From Lingula anatina (lineage: Eukaryota; Animalia; Brachiopoda): a stretch of 64,000 nt of DNA. Under the pieces are notes generated by a model that did no database searches, had not been told where the DNA came from, and worked only from the letters and a program-made list of their open reading frames with translations. Below, one piece after another: positions 12,201 through 26,215 of this stretch. Location: NCBI GenBank assembly GCA_051362555.1, contig JBPQGU010000016.1:5394001-5458000 (forward strand), written 5' to 3'. The position numbers and the translations under genes are program-made. The stretch's first letter is position 1. Each line of letters begins with the position of its first letter.

Positions 12201-15200
12201 TGAGGTCACATTTAGATTGCCAGTATATGACTTCCTATTCAAGTTCAATAGTAACTATGGACCTATCTCAGCCAGTTTTGGAGATAAAAGGAAAGCAAAA
12301 TTTGCAAAATTCAGTTCATGGTGTAAAGTAGGTCAAAGGTCAATTTTAAGGTCACATTAAGATTGCCAGTATATGACTTCCTATTCAAGTTCAATAGTAA
12401 CTATGGACCTGTCTCTGCCAGTTTTGGAGATAAAAGGGAAGCAAATATTGCAAAGTTCAGTTTATGGTGAAAAGTAGGTCAAAGGTCAATTTTAAGGTCA
12501 CATTTAGATTGCCAGTATATGACTTCCTATTCAAGTTCAATAGTAACTATGGACCTATCTCTGCCAGTTTTGGAGATAAAAGGGAAGAAAAATTTGCAAA
12601 GTTCAGTTCATGGTGAAAAGTAGGTCAAAGGTCACTTTCAAGGTCATAGTAAGATTGCCAGTATATGACTTCCTATTCAACTTCAATAGTAACTATGGAC
12701 CTATCTCTGCCAGTTTTGGAGATAAAAGGGAAGAAAAATTTGCAAAGTTCAGTTCATGGTGAAAAGTAGGTCAAAGGTCACTTTCAAGGTCATAGTAAGA
12801 TTGCCAGTATATGACTTCCTATTCAACTTCAATAGTAACTATGGACCTATCTCTGCCAGTTTTGGAGATATAAGGGACTAAATGTTATAATTTTGGAGTT
12901 ACCATAATGTGCCTTAAATTTCGTACAGAAAAAATTAATTAAAATAAAGAAAATGTCATTTTGGTCAAAATTCTTGAAATAGGAGGTGCTCTGAAGTTTC
13001 AGAAGTTCAAATTTGATGAAATAATGTCATTTTTGAACACAAGTTGTCTGCTTTGCCAAGCCTTATGTTTTATTTTTCCAGAGTTCAAAATTTATTATCC
13101 ATTACCGTACTGCACATTTTGCTTTTACCACCAATATGTACTTTTTGATACAGCGTAACTCGAAAACCGTATGGAATACAAAAAAAACGAGACCACCTCC
13201 AGTGTTGGGCTTTACATGCTCTACAAAATGCAAAAAAGAATGGGTCTCTAGCATTAACGGTTCCCGAATTAGAGACAGTTTTCAGTTTCGGTATCTTATG
13301 GCCGCTACTCCCGTGAAAATGCACCGATTGACCCCAAATTCATGGAGATGAAAGATGACCTGAAGGGTAACACCTTCCAATAATATTATTGGTTAAGTCT
13401 GTGTGGTGTCTGAATAACAGGGCAAAAAAAATTTTTTTCGTAAAAAATTTAATTTTTTTGAAAATTTTGGCCCATTTGACCTTGAAGTAAAGGTCAAAGG
13501 TCAAATCGAAGGGTATATTTGAAATCTACACATATGACTTTTGGAAAGCCGTCTATAGAAATTTTTCCCATAACTCCTTCCGTAGGGTAGATAATTAGCA
13601 TTTAATTTTGCCATTTTTAGACAAGGGTGCATTGCAATGAGTGCCACACCCAGACCCCAATACCGACAAAGCCCAAATTTTACGTGGAACGAGTTGAGAT
13701 TATAGGTGACCTAAATCCATGAGATGGGTACGGGGGCCCTTACCGTCTAGGAGGAGAAGCGGTAACGGTAGCCGTCCGGCGGAGCCGGCGGAGCCAACGG
13801 AGCCGGCGGAGCCGGCGGAGCCGGCGGAGCCGGCGGAACGATCCGGACGGGACCGAAACCATGTGTACCGCCAGCGCTAACGCTGGTGGTACAATAATAT
13901 AGCACATTTAAAACTATTGGTTATATAAACAATGAAAAAGACAAATAAGATACAATGTATCTGTGGTGCTATTTGAAACAGCTATTTTAGTTATCTACCC
14001 TTTAGGAGCACTTACCTGGAAATTTAGTTTGCCAAAACTAGAGTTGAGGCTATCTCCATAGGGCATACTATTGCCCATCTGTCCCGTCTGTCCCTGGGGC
14101 TGTGGATACCCTGGTGTACTCCCTGGGGTAAATCCCCCGTGGGGCTGCTGGGTGTAAGGACCCCCCATTATTCCAGGACCTGTGGGTGGGGGTGGCTGAC
14201 CAAACCCCTGTCCTGGGGGCTGAAGGGGAGGCTGTCCATATCCTTGACCTTGCTGAGATGGAGGCTGTCCATATCCTTGACCTTGCTGAGATGGAGGCTG
14301 TCCATAACCTTGAACTTGCTGAGATGGAGGCTGTCCATATGTTTGAGGCTACAAATGAAAAAAGTTCAGTATCATCTGAACCAATTAAATAAAATAATGA
14401 TATGTCAGGAAATAAACAATTTTTGTATATAAAAACATGATGATTTTGACACAGGGAAATTAGTATGATTATATCCAAGGAAATGGATAGAAATATGGAT
14501 GTTTAATTAACCTCAAATGAAAAATTGGGGTGGTCATAAAAATTGTTTCCTTTTTTCATCATCAGCACAATTACTGAGATAATAGTCCATGGAAATAACT
14601 TCTTAAAATGAGCAATCATTAATCAATGTTACCAACTAAGCATATAATATATCCTTCTGTTCACCCAGAGGCTCAATACTACATTTTAATAGGATTCATT
14701 TCATGTTATTTACAGATACATCTAGATCATATTACAAGTCTTCTATTCAATAAGAAACATTTCCCAAAACTAACATACTCCCATAGGAATAAATTCCCAT
14801 CCCTATAATTCCCCCCCTCCCTCCCCCACACCTTTGTCTTACCATCTGAGGGTACTGTCTCCTGCCTGTGATCCCTGCCCTCATCTCCTGGGGAGGGGGT
14901 GTGGCTGATGGGGGAACACCTGCATGATTAACAGGAAACGTATATCAAGATCTCGTTAAAGGGGCATACAAAAAAACAAGGGAGAGTGCTATCAAAGTTG
15001 TTGAGATGATATAAGAATTGTGTTTAAAATTGTTTATCTAAATTAATCATAAGTCACAACACGATTTCAACTTAGTTTTTTGTCCATTCTATGCGTTTGG
15101 TTTAACCCTCTGCTGTTTTCGAAAACAGCTTGCACGTGCACGCCTCACTCACTGTGTGTGCACCTTTTAGATCTAATACTATCAGGGCTACCTAACCAAA

Positions 15201-18200
15201 ACAAACCTGGAGTGTTCACAAACTGTCCTTCTAACACATCATATTGTTGGTTAGGAACAGGAGAAGAATCCCGTGAAGATTTCTCAGATGGTGGTTCTAA
15301 GAAGAAAAAGAGAAACATGATTTAATTAAGATCAGCTAGTTCCATTCCAGTTTTAAATATAAAGGGGGGATTCTGTTAACGATACAAGAATATGTGGGGT
15401 TTTGGAAGGTAAACCAGAAATCATAAAATCTACGACAGACATCAAAACATTTTTTCACAAACATACATTACCAATAAAGATAAAATTCCAAGCAAAAAAA
15501 AAAAAAAAAAAAGAATGCAACGTTTCAATAATGATCAGCTAAAAACAAAACCCACTAAAAATGTCAATTAGTGCAAATGCCTTCTCCTGAGAGCCAAAGC
15601 AGCCACAACCTACACACATTTTCAAATTAAGTTGCACATGCTTTTATGTTTTACCCACCAAGTATTTTATCCTCTTGTTTAAATTAATACACTGGCCTGC
15701 CTAACTAATTTTCAGCATAACCCATGTTCTACAAGTCTAAAAATTGTTCACACAACCCAGGAACAATCCACACAATACTTACAATATACTTGGTTTTGGT
15801 ATATAACAGAAAAACTGACTGGTAGTTAGGGAGGCCAAATACAGTTCATTTGTTGTTATAAAATGTACCCATGTAAAAAAAGATTTTCTTTCCATAAATT
15901 ACAGATAAATGACGTGAGAGTTAGTAAAGTTGGAGTACCTGAGCCCAGAGGGGTTGGTGTAGCACTGTTCGGATGATAAGCAATTGTGTGTGAATAAGTC
16001 GCCTGACCATGAAACGGCTTAGGCAGCTCATTAGGTGTAGTACGACCTGCAACAACAATGCTTGACATATATATATATGTATACTGATATACTGACTGTT
16101 CACACAGTAAGGAGGCATGCCAGGAGAGAGGATGAGGAGGACAGTCTTTCATGCTGTCTACATAGATGTAGATATATGTTTGTATCACAAGCAAGATTGA
16201 AATCCAGACTAGGTGAGATTGAAATTTCAACATGCAAGATGATTAATAAAATATGCTCTTAACCATAGATTCTATAACTAAATTGGCTTCATTAGGGATG
16301 TGATTAAATTACTAATCTAAAATTGTCTGTGACTTGGGATTCCAATCTTGCCTAGGCAGGTTTAAAATCTAGCCTGGATTTCAATCTTGCCTGTGACATA
16401 TCCATATATTTGAAGATACAGGTCTATCATGTATGTATATATGTATACCAGTGAGGTTACACAAACACATTTTTAAGATTTAGAAAAATGGTAGTCTTTA
16501 CCAAATCAAAACTACAACAATTTTGACAAATCAGTTATCTTTCTTTCTTCTGCTAAAGGAAATTATCTCAAACACTTTGCAAAAATTTTCTTTGAATGCC
16601 AGTTTTAGCCCCGCCTCCCCATTTCCTGGCACTTCAGTGAGGTTGTCACATTTTTTCTACACCTCAACTTGTCATGTAAATTATCCCTTAGATACTCTTA
16701 TCTCATAAATTTCAAGTTGGATTAGTGCAGCATGTTTACCCCACATACCATGCATTAACATGAGCATAAACCAAAGCTGACACTGAACTGGTGGTCAATA
16801 AAAATGATGTGTGCAAAAGCAAGCAAAAAACAGAAATTAGTCTCCATTCCAAAAAAATTTTTTTAATTATTTCTCAACCATATTTACCAAGGGTTATTAA
16901 GATTTTATAAACAATACCAATATACTTTATCAGAATAATTATTTAAAAATTGTAAAAAAAATACAAATCAAGCAGCAGATACATGTTTGAAATGTGTACC
17001 TGATGTTAGTTCATTATAAAGTTATTAAATATATTATCTATATCTCTATCGTAGCACTGTTTTATATATCACGGTGTCTATTATCATATAAGGCATTAAG
17101 TGTTGCATGGATGGCTATTGTTCATGTACAAGCTACTATGTTAATACCAGTCTATTCCTAAATAGTCATTGAAAAGCCACCACATTAATTCCTTAGTCAA
17201 TTATTCAACAGTGAGACAAAAAAAAATGTTTTAAAAATACCTGTAAACAACTAATAATAAGCTGATAGCTAAAGTTCAGGGTAGACAAGTTAAGTATCAC
17301 CAGAGATGGTCTGGTCTGCTCACCTTGCAGGTATCCTGGGGGTGGAGGAGCCAACCCGTCAGCTGGACCTGCCACCAACTGGGATGTTGACAGTGACATA
17401 GGTGGCGCTCCTGACAGGGATGTCGGTGGTGCGCCGAGTCTTGGCGGTGGCGGTCCTGCCAGAGATGTGGGTGGTGCGCCCAGTCTTGGTGGTGGCGGTC
17501 CAGTATTCGGTAAGTTAGAGGGAGGACCATAACCCTGGGAAGTAGGAGGAGGGGGTCCAAATCCTTGGGGTGGTTTCCCTGATAAATTAGACAACTGTGT
17601 GGGTCCTCTGGGAGAAGGCTGTCCCTCCATTGACTGGGAAGTCGGAGGCCCCAGGGTTGGAGGACCCATGGAGCCATAGTTACTAACAGGAGGTCTGGAC
17701 ACAGGTGGTGCCCCTATACCTTGGGACACAGGGTGTGTTGGGGGTGGGCCAAACCCTGCCAAATTTGAGGGAGGCCCAGGAGGGGGCACTCCTGTGTTTT
17801 GTGAAGTTGGTGGCATCTGCTGCCCATAAAATCCTTGGCCAACTTGTGACGTGGGTGGTCTTACTCCCATAGGAGGTCCATTCATATTAGATGGGGCTCC
17901 AAAAGGGGATCCACTTTGTCCAGCTGTGGTATTTATTCCTCCTTGGGGTGGTGGCCCCTTCATCTGGCCCTGTGACATTGGGCCAAGCTGGCCTTGAGGG
18001 CCCACACTGCTTGTAGGTGGAAATCTCTGTGGCTGTCCTGATGGTGGCCCAAACCTAGGCGGGGGACCTCCTTGACCTTGGGGTGGACCAAATCTAGGGG
18101 GTGGACCCCCTGGGCCCTGAGGGAGCTGACCAGCATTTGATGACAGTCCACCTTGTTGCTGAGGGTTAAATCTAGGTGGTGGTGGCCCCCCTGGGCCTGG

Positions 18201-19373
18201 GAACCTGTTCTGGCCAAACTGACCTGGGGGTGGTCCTCCTCCTCCCTGTCCATTAAATGTGGAGCCTGGCTGAGGGGGTGGCTGCGAACCGCCTGGCAGA
18301 GGAGGTGGCATGAAACCACCTGGCTGGCCACTAAACTGCTTGCTCACTGGGGGCATACCTTGGCCTGGAGGACCTGCAAGATTGAAGCCCAAAAAAGCTG
18401 ATAATACTGGGTCCTGGTAATCTTTGTAGTTTTCTGCTGCTTGCTACCCCCTTCCCCATACATTATGTTGTTTTTATCATTATTTTATTTTAATTATTAT
18501 TTTTTAGAAGCAGACTTATCTTCAAGAATATATTTTACTGCAGGTGACTTTCGTTTTTATCTAGATAACAACTATGATTGATTCTACGTAGAGGATATTA
18601 CTTATTTTACAATCTGCTCCAATCAGTTAAAGCTGCTATCAAATACATTGATCACTATCCTATCTATCTTTTATTATATCACAACTTTTCCTTTCAGTAT
18701 TATCATTAACAATTATTATTGTTGTTGTTGTTTAGATAATTACAAATGAAGGTCAATTCTAAACAAGTGATGGCAATTATGGCTTTAATTCTGTCAATAG
18801 ACCAAACACCACTGTAATTGTTGCCACCTACTTAAAGTAAAAAAAGACAGTTTCCTGATAATATCATGCATTTAAACTTACTGGAAATAAAGTAACCTGA
18901 CCAAGTGTATGTGGTATTATATTTTCTTTTCTGTTTGAAGGACATTTCTTAAGGTTTGAGACAATACTTAGTTGACTGTTGGCTAACTGCAGTGAGCAAC
19001 AGATTACTTACCCACGGAGATAGACCGTTTATTTTCCCTCTAAATGTAAGTGGCAGCTTTTTAACAATGTTATCTAATACTAGTAGCACTTCACGAGACT
19101 AAGGCGATTTTATATGAAGGTATCAATCGACTTAAGACGTTCAACTAGTAGTACTTAACGTGTGACGTAGACTTAGACGAGTCAATCTTGCCACGTAAGC
19201 AACTTATCAGCGTTCTTATACCACTACACAAATCGATACTAAATGAACATATATATCAAACCATAGTACTCACCAAACTGAGGACCTCCGCTAGGAAAAT
19301 AACCGGCATTTTGTCCTGAACCTTGCGGTCTCACGCCTTGAAATGACTGTGGATATTGCGACTGGTCTGCCAT
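204..19373 (-). CDS. SEC24: COPII coat subunit Sec24 (Sec24A/B type), multi-exon, 3' end beyond the left window edge
   Basis: GT-AG exons with consistent phases: 19373-19274 (MADQSQYPQ...), 18373-17324 (Pro/Gly/Gln-rich), 16046-15939 (candidate), 15296-15207 (SSRDSSPVPNQQYDVLEG), 14919-14843, 14348-14016, 11006-10888, 10425-10323 (IFRCTLTTIPQSQSLLNKARLPLGILIHPFKDL), 9892-9766 (Zn finger IVRCRSCRTYINPF...WKCNLC), 9231-9122, 8711-8645 (LRPPQPAVYLFLLDVS), 8262-8098, 7726-7569, 7273-7172, 3523-3400 (DFYKKYALDCS), 2554-2396, 1896-1612 (FQAALLYTSSKGERRIRVH), 904-726, 341-204. These motifs are typical of Sec24A/B. Confidence 0.96.
1191..1635 (-). repeat. 45-bp tandem repeat (~10 copies) spanning a Sec24 5' splice site
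   Basis: Unit acccatgaagtacccacccatcttagccagcaatcctgctaacaa = exon end GCAGGATTGCTGGCTAAGATGG plus donor gtgggtacttc... on the minus strand. Confidence 0.95.
1982..2218. mobile_element. Degenerate inverted-repeat element (MITE relic) in a Sec24 intron
   Basis: ~75-bp imperfect inverted arms: acctagcgagtgcc...ttcgctaaatgtaatca versus tgattgcatttagcgaga...gctaggt. Confidence 0.5.
3095..3432 (-). repeat. 50-bp tandem repeat (~6.7 copies) spanning a Sec24 5' splice site
   Basis: Period 50 (atactgccca at 3121, 3171, ...). Unit = 33 nt of exon end (...GACATAGCATCTATAG) plus gtaggttgtgggtctgt. Confidence 0.95.
3486..6928 (-). repeat. 80-bp tandem repeat spanning a Sec24 3' splice site, interrupted by a 3.1-kb transposon
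   Basis: gaagtctgtggcagggcctagg at 3491, 3571 and 3651; the array resumes at ~6827-6928 after the insertion. Unit = ~42 nt of intron end + tag| + 38 nt of exon start. Confidence 0.92.
3692..6826 (-). mobile_element. Non-autonomous Helentron-like element (HINE family 1), internally duplicated
   Basis: One end has the hairpin atgtacagacacttctgtgtctgtacat next to an A/T run and gacgac microsatellite. The other end has the subterminal tgtacagaca and the short palindrome ggcagcaaagctgtc. Internal ~157- and ~320-bp repeats; related copies at 33743-35420 and 38867-41013; no coding capacity seen. Confidence 0.75.
7232..7407 (-). repeat. 100-bp tandem duplication spanning a Sec24 3' splice site
   Basis: cagacagg...gtctgaacagagaattatatcaacaataagaatact at 7232 and 7332; contains 42 nt of exon start plus the acceptor. 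Confidence 0.93.
9022..9147 (-). repeat. 63-bp tandem duplication spanning a Sec24 5' splice site
   Basis: Two copies (9022-9084, 9085-9147), each with 26 nt of exon end (...GAATACATG) plus gtgagtgacc. Confidence 0.93.
9329..9438 (-). CDS. Candidate mutually exclusive duplicate exon of Sec24
   Basis: tttag|...|gtaagc; 110 nt, phase 1 to 0, the same length and phase as the neighbouring exon 9231-9122. Encodes VSENMYDPVSKMYGAHLQRRLKMCFASMEIVVAEPDG versus APEEFQYDPVSKTFGDPMRRPEMKSATIEFIASSEYM. Confidence 0.65.
9918..10150 (-). mobile_element. Short derivative of the HINE family 2 element
   Basis: Matches 13621-13893 (aaagcccaaa...tacgtggaacgagttgagattat...gacctaaatc...ctggtggtacaat). Confidence 0.7.
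10414..10628 (-). repeat. 76-bp tandem repeat (~2.8 copies) spanning a Sec24 3' splice site
   Basis: catctaaatatactggaataggaagagagaaac at 10414, 10490 and 10566; holds the polypyrimidine tract, cag| and 12 nt of exon. Confidence 0.93.
11101..13895 (-). mobile_element. Non-autonomous Helentron-like element (HINE family 2) with a central 146-bp satellite
   Basis: Subterminal inverted repeats ttgtaccaccagc (11139) and gctggtggtacaa (13882); hairpins gtaccgccagcgctaacgctggtggtac and gaggcgataccgcctc; (ccggcggag)n minisatellite at ~13775-13837. Confidence 0.75.
11305..12876. repeat. 146-bp satellite array, ~10-11 copies
   Basis: gtaggtcaaaggtca recurs at 11452, 11598, 11744, 11890 ... 12766. Confidence 0.95.
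14228..14340 (-). repeat. 33-bp coding repeat (YGQPPSQQGQG) in the Sec24 N-terminal low-complexity region
   Basis: ggaggctgtccatatccttgaccttgctgagat repeated ~3.5 times in frame within exon 14348-14016. Confidence 0.85.
16185..16396. mobile_element. MITE-like element with ~28-bp terminal inverted repeats
   Basis: tcacaagcaagattgaaatccagactag ... ctagcctggatttcaatcttgcctgtga. Confidence 0.6.
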
Positions 19374-19761
19374 TGTTGAACTATCTCACATAAATGGAGA
19401 CTATAGATAACAAAATTTTTACAAGGAAGCAAACCTACTTTTCTGGACGTTATCATATCATTTTCACCTTTGAAGTTTTTCTGCCTTTAACTCCAAAAAA
19501 AGTCCCGGTTATTGACTTTGCTTTTAATCAAACTCTGAACGGAAGTATCAACCACATGATTGAGGCATGCGCAGTTTTCAACGTGGCATACCCAGAATTC
19601 CAGAGTTGCACTTCAATTTCAGGTTTCCGCTTCCGCTATCTTTCCTCACGTCATGTTAAAAGTCAGAAAGTGGTAATCACAAAAGACAAGAAGACAAAGT
19701 GTGATGAGAAATTAATTCTGTCATTAAAATATCGAAATTGATTCTCATCTCCAAAATCCAA
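19374..19761. promoter_or_regulatory. Bidirectional promoter region Sec24 / DCTN5
   Basis: Divergent ATGs at 19373 (-) and 19762 (+). ETS-like cggaagt and ttccgcttccg, NRF1-like gcatgcgca, and acgtggca / tcacgtca bZIP-type sites. Confidence 0.7.
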
Positions 19762-22808
<3,047 letters not shown>

Positions 22809-23926
22809 TACCACTGGGACTGATAGATAAACTGTGTGTTAACTCACTCCATTCCCACAGTAATGGTGCTTGTGTGAAGTCAGATTCATTGGCTACCATA
22901 TAAACAATGAAATGATATCCCTGTTTAGGTATCAGCATTTCCTTTTCAAATGTGTAGATCTATAGTTAATGATGTTATTGTCAGTAGTGATAACATCCAT
23001 CTCTTATAATGAAATGGTATATGTATAGGACTATATTGAGCTGGTAACTGAGTCGTGGCCCCAGATCTGCCACAGTTGTATTTATTAAGGTTTTTTCATT
23101 TATTATTTATTGCTGATATTGGTTATCAGTGACATAACTTGTCATTGTTTTATTTTGCAATGTATGCATGTTAGTTGACAGTTATGTCAGTGTCTTTTTT
23201 TAAGTAGGCCATTTTGAAATTAATTGAAACTTGTAATATGTTGTGTTCAGCAAACAAGTTTTTGTTTTGTAATTATCATTTCTGTCAGCACATTAATGCT
23301 GTGTTCTGACAACTAGAATTGATGTACATAAAGCTTATGTAAAAAACAGCTGTATCTTATCATTTATATTTGAACAATATGATGTGCTCTCTATTACATT
23401 TGAATGCGGGTCAGTGTAGACCTGTCGTCAGTCTCGAGATATTTGCTGAAATGCCACCAGGAGCTACGTGAGACAATACATGTGGATATAAGACCACATT
23501 TCTACTGACATAGATTATATATATCGGTGTCAGAAATGTTAAAACTCAAACATTAAAGTACAAAATATACTTCTTAGCCAAGACAGTAGAACCACGTTAA
23601 TGCCAAAAATAACAGCAACCGTAAAAAACTAATGTTTACAGATATTGAAATATAAAAGATGCCATCTTCCTTTTTATGTACAGACAGGATACGATCAAAC
23701 AATAAGCCCTGTCTCCATTTCAGCATAGACGGATTTATTTTTAGGAGAGAGAGGATTTTCGTAGACTTCTTAACCTTACAATTTACGGCATCCAACGGCA
23801 TAGCACCGTCACCTTAAAGGAGTGTTATCAGTTGAATTATTTAGCCTCTGTCATCATTTATCTATTTAGAAAATTTAATGTTCATCCAGGTTTACCTCAG
23901 TTTTTCATTGCGCTTCTTATATTTAA

Positions 23927-24262
23927 AGTGATAATAACTCTTCGTTTCGGCAAAAAAATGAATTTTCCTGTAGTGAACAACAATTTTCTCATACTTACCA
24001 ATGGTTAATGAATCCATTTTTACATTCAAAGTTAGTACCTGGTTTTTTTCTAAAAAGTTTGGTTTTTTGTTAAATTCTCTTAAGAGATTTTAACAGAGTA
24101 TAGCCATCAATGGAGGTTACGTCGTCTAAAGACAAGCTCAGATATCAGAATAATAGCTATAACCGGCGTTTTGTGGTAAAACAGAATATATTATATTTCT
24201 ATGAGTTATTCACAATGTTTTTACTGTGAAATATAGATCTCATATGAAGAGTTATTATCCCT
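23927..24262. mobile_element. TTAA-flanked MITE (Kolobok-like)
   Basis: ttaa|agtgataataactcttc ... gaagagttattatccct|ttaa; absent from the paralogous site at ~45930. Confidence 0.8.
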
Positions 24263-25031
24263 TTAATACTTTGGTCGGGTTTTAGTAACATTCATTGTTT
24301 TTACCCGGCACCCAAATATGATGCTGTTAGGCTGTAACTCGAAAAGATATTTGGCATCAAACAGATGAGATGGGATCAAAAGAGATTTTATTTGTACGTG
24401 TTCATGGTTATAAAGTCGATACTGGTCGTGTGATATCCGTACAGTGCCGTATGTCCCATATGATGCAGCGTCCGAAGACGGGCTGTGACTACCCTCTACC
24501 AGGGCGACATATTGATTTTTCACAGAACTGTATGTCTCTAGATAAGTAGACAGTCATTTTGGCTCAGCAAAAAATGTCCACAATAATAACTGCGGCCCTG
24601 GTTGAGGGTAGGCTGTGACCGTACGGTATCGTACCGATTAACGACCTCTGTGGCGTTGTCAACTTGAAACTTTGACAAATTTTTAAAGTACACTGCAACA
24701 ATTTCGTAGACGGCGTTGCACAGTGCCCATCACATCCAAATAAAAAACTGTTCGACAGACTTGCCACGCAAGATTGTCTTGCGACACGGAGTTGTCAAAC
24801 TTGCCAAGGAGATACAATCCTCTCATGGTTTTAGGAATCATAAAGTAATAGTGAAGATGCAATATAATAACTAAATCTAATTCACTTGCATAAATGTGAA
24901 ATTATATGTGTCTCTTTATTATGGTGCTTAAAAACGCACGGGGAAGCAATGACATGTTAAATAAGATAATTTTATGTTAACGCGTCAGTCAGCAAGGAAG
25001 CCGCATAGGGGAAAGCGCGACATTTGCAAAC

Positions 25032-26045
25032 TGTAGTGTTCACAAATATAATTCCCAGACATGTAAATTAATTTGATTAGAGTCGATTGCTTGTGCACTC
25101 GACTCGTTTTATGGCCTTACCTGTAGTTATGTAACTTCAGTGGACGTGTGCAATTTGAATAATTAAAATTAGGATGTACCGCCAAATAATGCAGCACAGA
25201 ATCCACCTTGTGATAAGAAATATGTATAAAAGATGTCTACAATTAATATCGGGAGTTCAGAAGGAAGAAGACTCGAAGGAGACCGCTCGACGGAGCCATG
25301 GGAGACGGCCTAGAGCTTGGAGGTTTCACGTAGATGACGTAGTTAGACAGAGTCAACCAATAAACCATTAAACTGGTCATTATGTGGACTTGGGTTTTCT
25401 TTGCGCGACCTTACGTAAATCTGACACGAACTGTGGAATCTTTGATTTGCGTTATCCACTGAGTAAGTCTAAAACGTAATGTCCTATTTCGAGCCCACGT
25501 TTGAATTAAGCGTTCAAAATTATATAAGTTTAGGACATTCATCTCATATGTATGCCCTCTACCAGGGCGAGTGATAGATTTTTTAACAGATATTCACAGA
25601 TATGTCTCTAGCTATATAGATGGTCATTTAAAGCTCAACTCACCCTGTTGAGGAATCCCATGTGGAAACAATTATCTCTGCGCGCGCGCCAAAGGCTTTG
25701 TACTTGCTCTGCATGAGCTGAGCTTCACAACGATGTGATAACTGCTCGTTACGCAACCAGTCTAAGCCTTTTTTATATGTCACAGTAGAGCAAGTGATTG
25801 AAGTCGGAGTAATTAACTGTCTTGATTGCTGTCACGCAGACTTAGACTGGACTTGCTAAGTGGCAGTGCCTGAGCAGTTATGCAAACAATTATCAGCCAT
25901 GTAATCAGCCTTGAGATTTCTCAACAGGGTGAGTTGAGCTTTAAATGACCATCTATCTATCTAGAGACATATCTGTGAATATCTGTAAAAATCTATCACT
26001 CGCCCTGGTAGAGGGTATCATATGTATATGTAAAGGTACATAACA
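25032..26045 (+). mobile_element. Probable solo LTR with a nested MITE
   Basis: TGT...ACA ends flanked by aaac on both sides; internal tataaaa (~25225) and aataaa (~25359); absent from the paralogous site at ~46700. Confidence 0.5.
25555..26015. mobile_element. MITE with ~95-bp terminal inverted repeats
   Basis: ccctctaccagggcgagtgatagatt...aagctcaactcaccctgttgag and its reverse complement ctcaacagggtgagttgagctt...ctcgccctggtagaggg. Related single termini at ~24491 and ~46160. Confidence 0.85.
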
Positions 26046-26215
26046 AAACGACAAATGTTTACACACTCGCTGTAGACCGAAGACATTCACAAAACAAATT
26101 TTAAAAAATAGATAAGAATGTCCTATAAGATTTCATCTTGTGGCGGCAGTCGTGGAAAATGTAACCTTGGTTTACGAGTCAATATGCGCTATTTACATGT
26201 TTTTCCTTCAGCTAT

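Noticed and set aside
11352-12360. ORFs with VYDFLFKFNSNYGPIS repeats
   Set aside because: Chance open frames in the 146-bp satellite.
15575-15612. Possible Sec24 micro-exon (GCGCFGSQEK) after gtgtgtag
   Set aside because: No convincing donor in the required phase.
17297-18401. Overlapping ORFs 17297-17677, 17960-18331 and 18153-18401
   Set aside because: Alternative frames of the GC-rich Pro/Gly exon of Sec24.
19394-19741. 115-aa ORF between Sec24 and DCTN5
   Set aside because: Lies in the bidirectional promoter and 5'-UTR space and has no recognisable motif.
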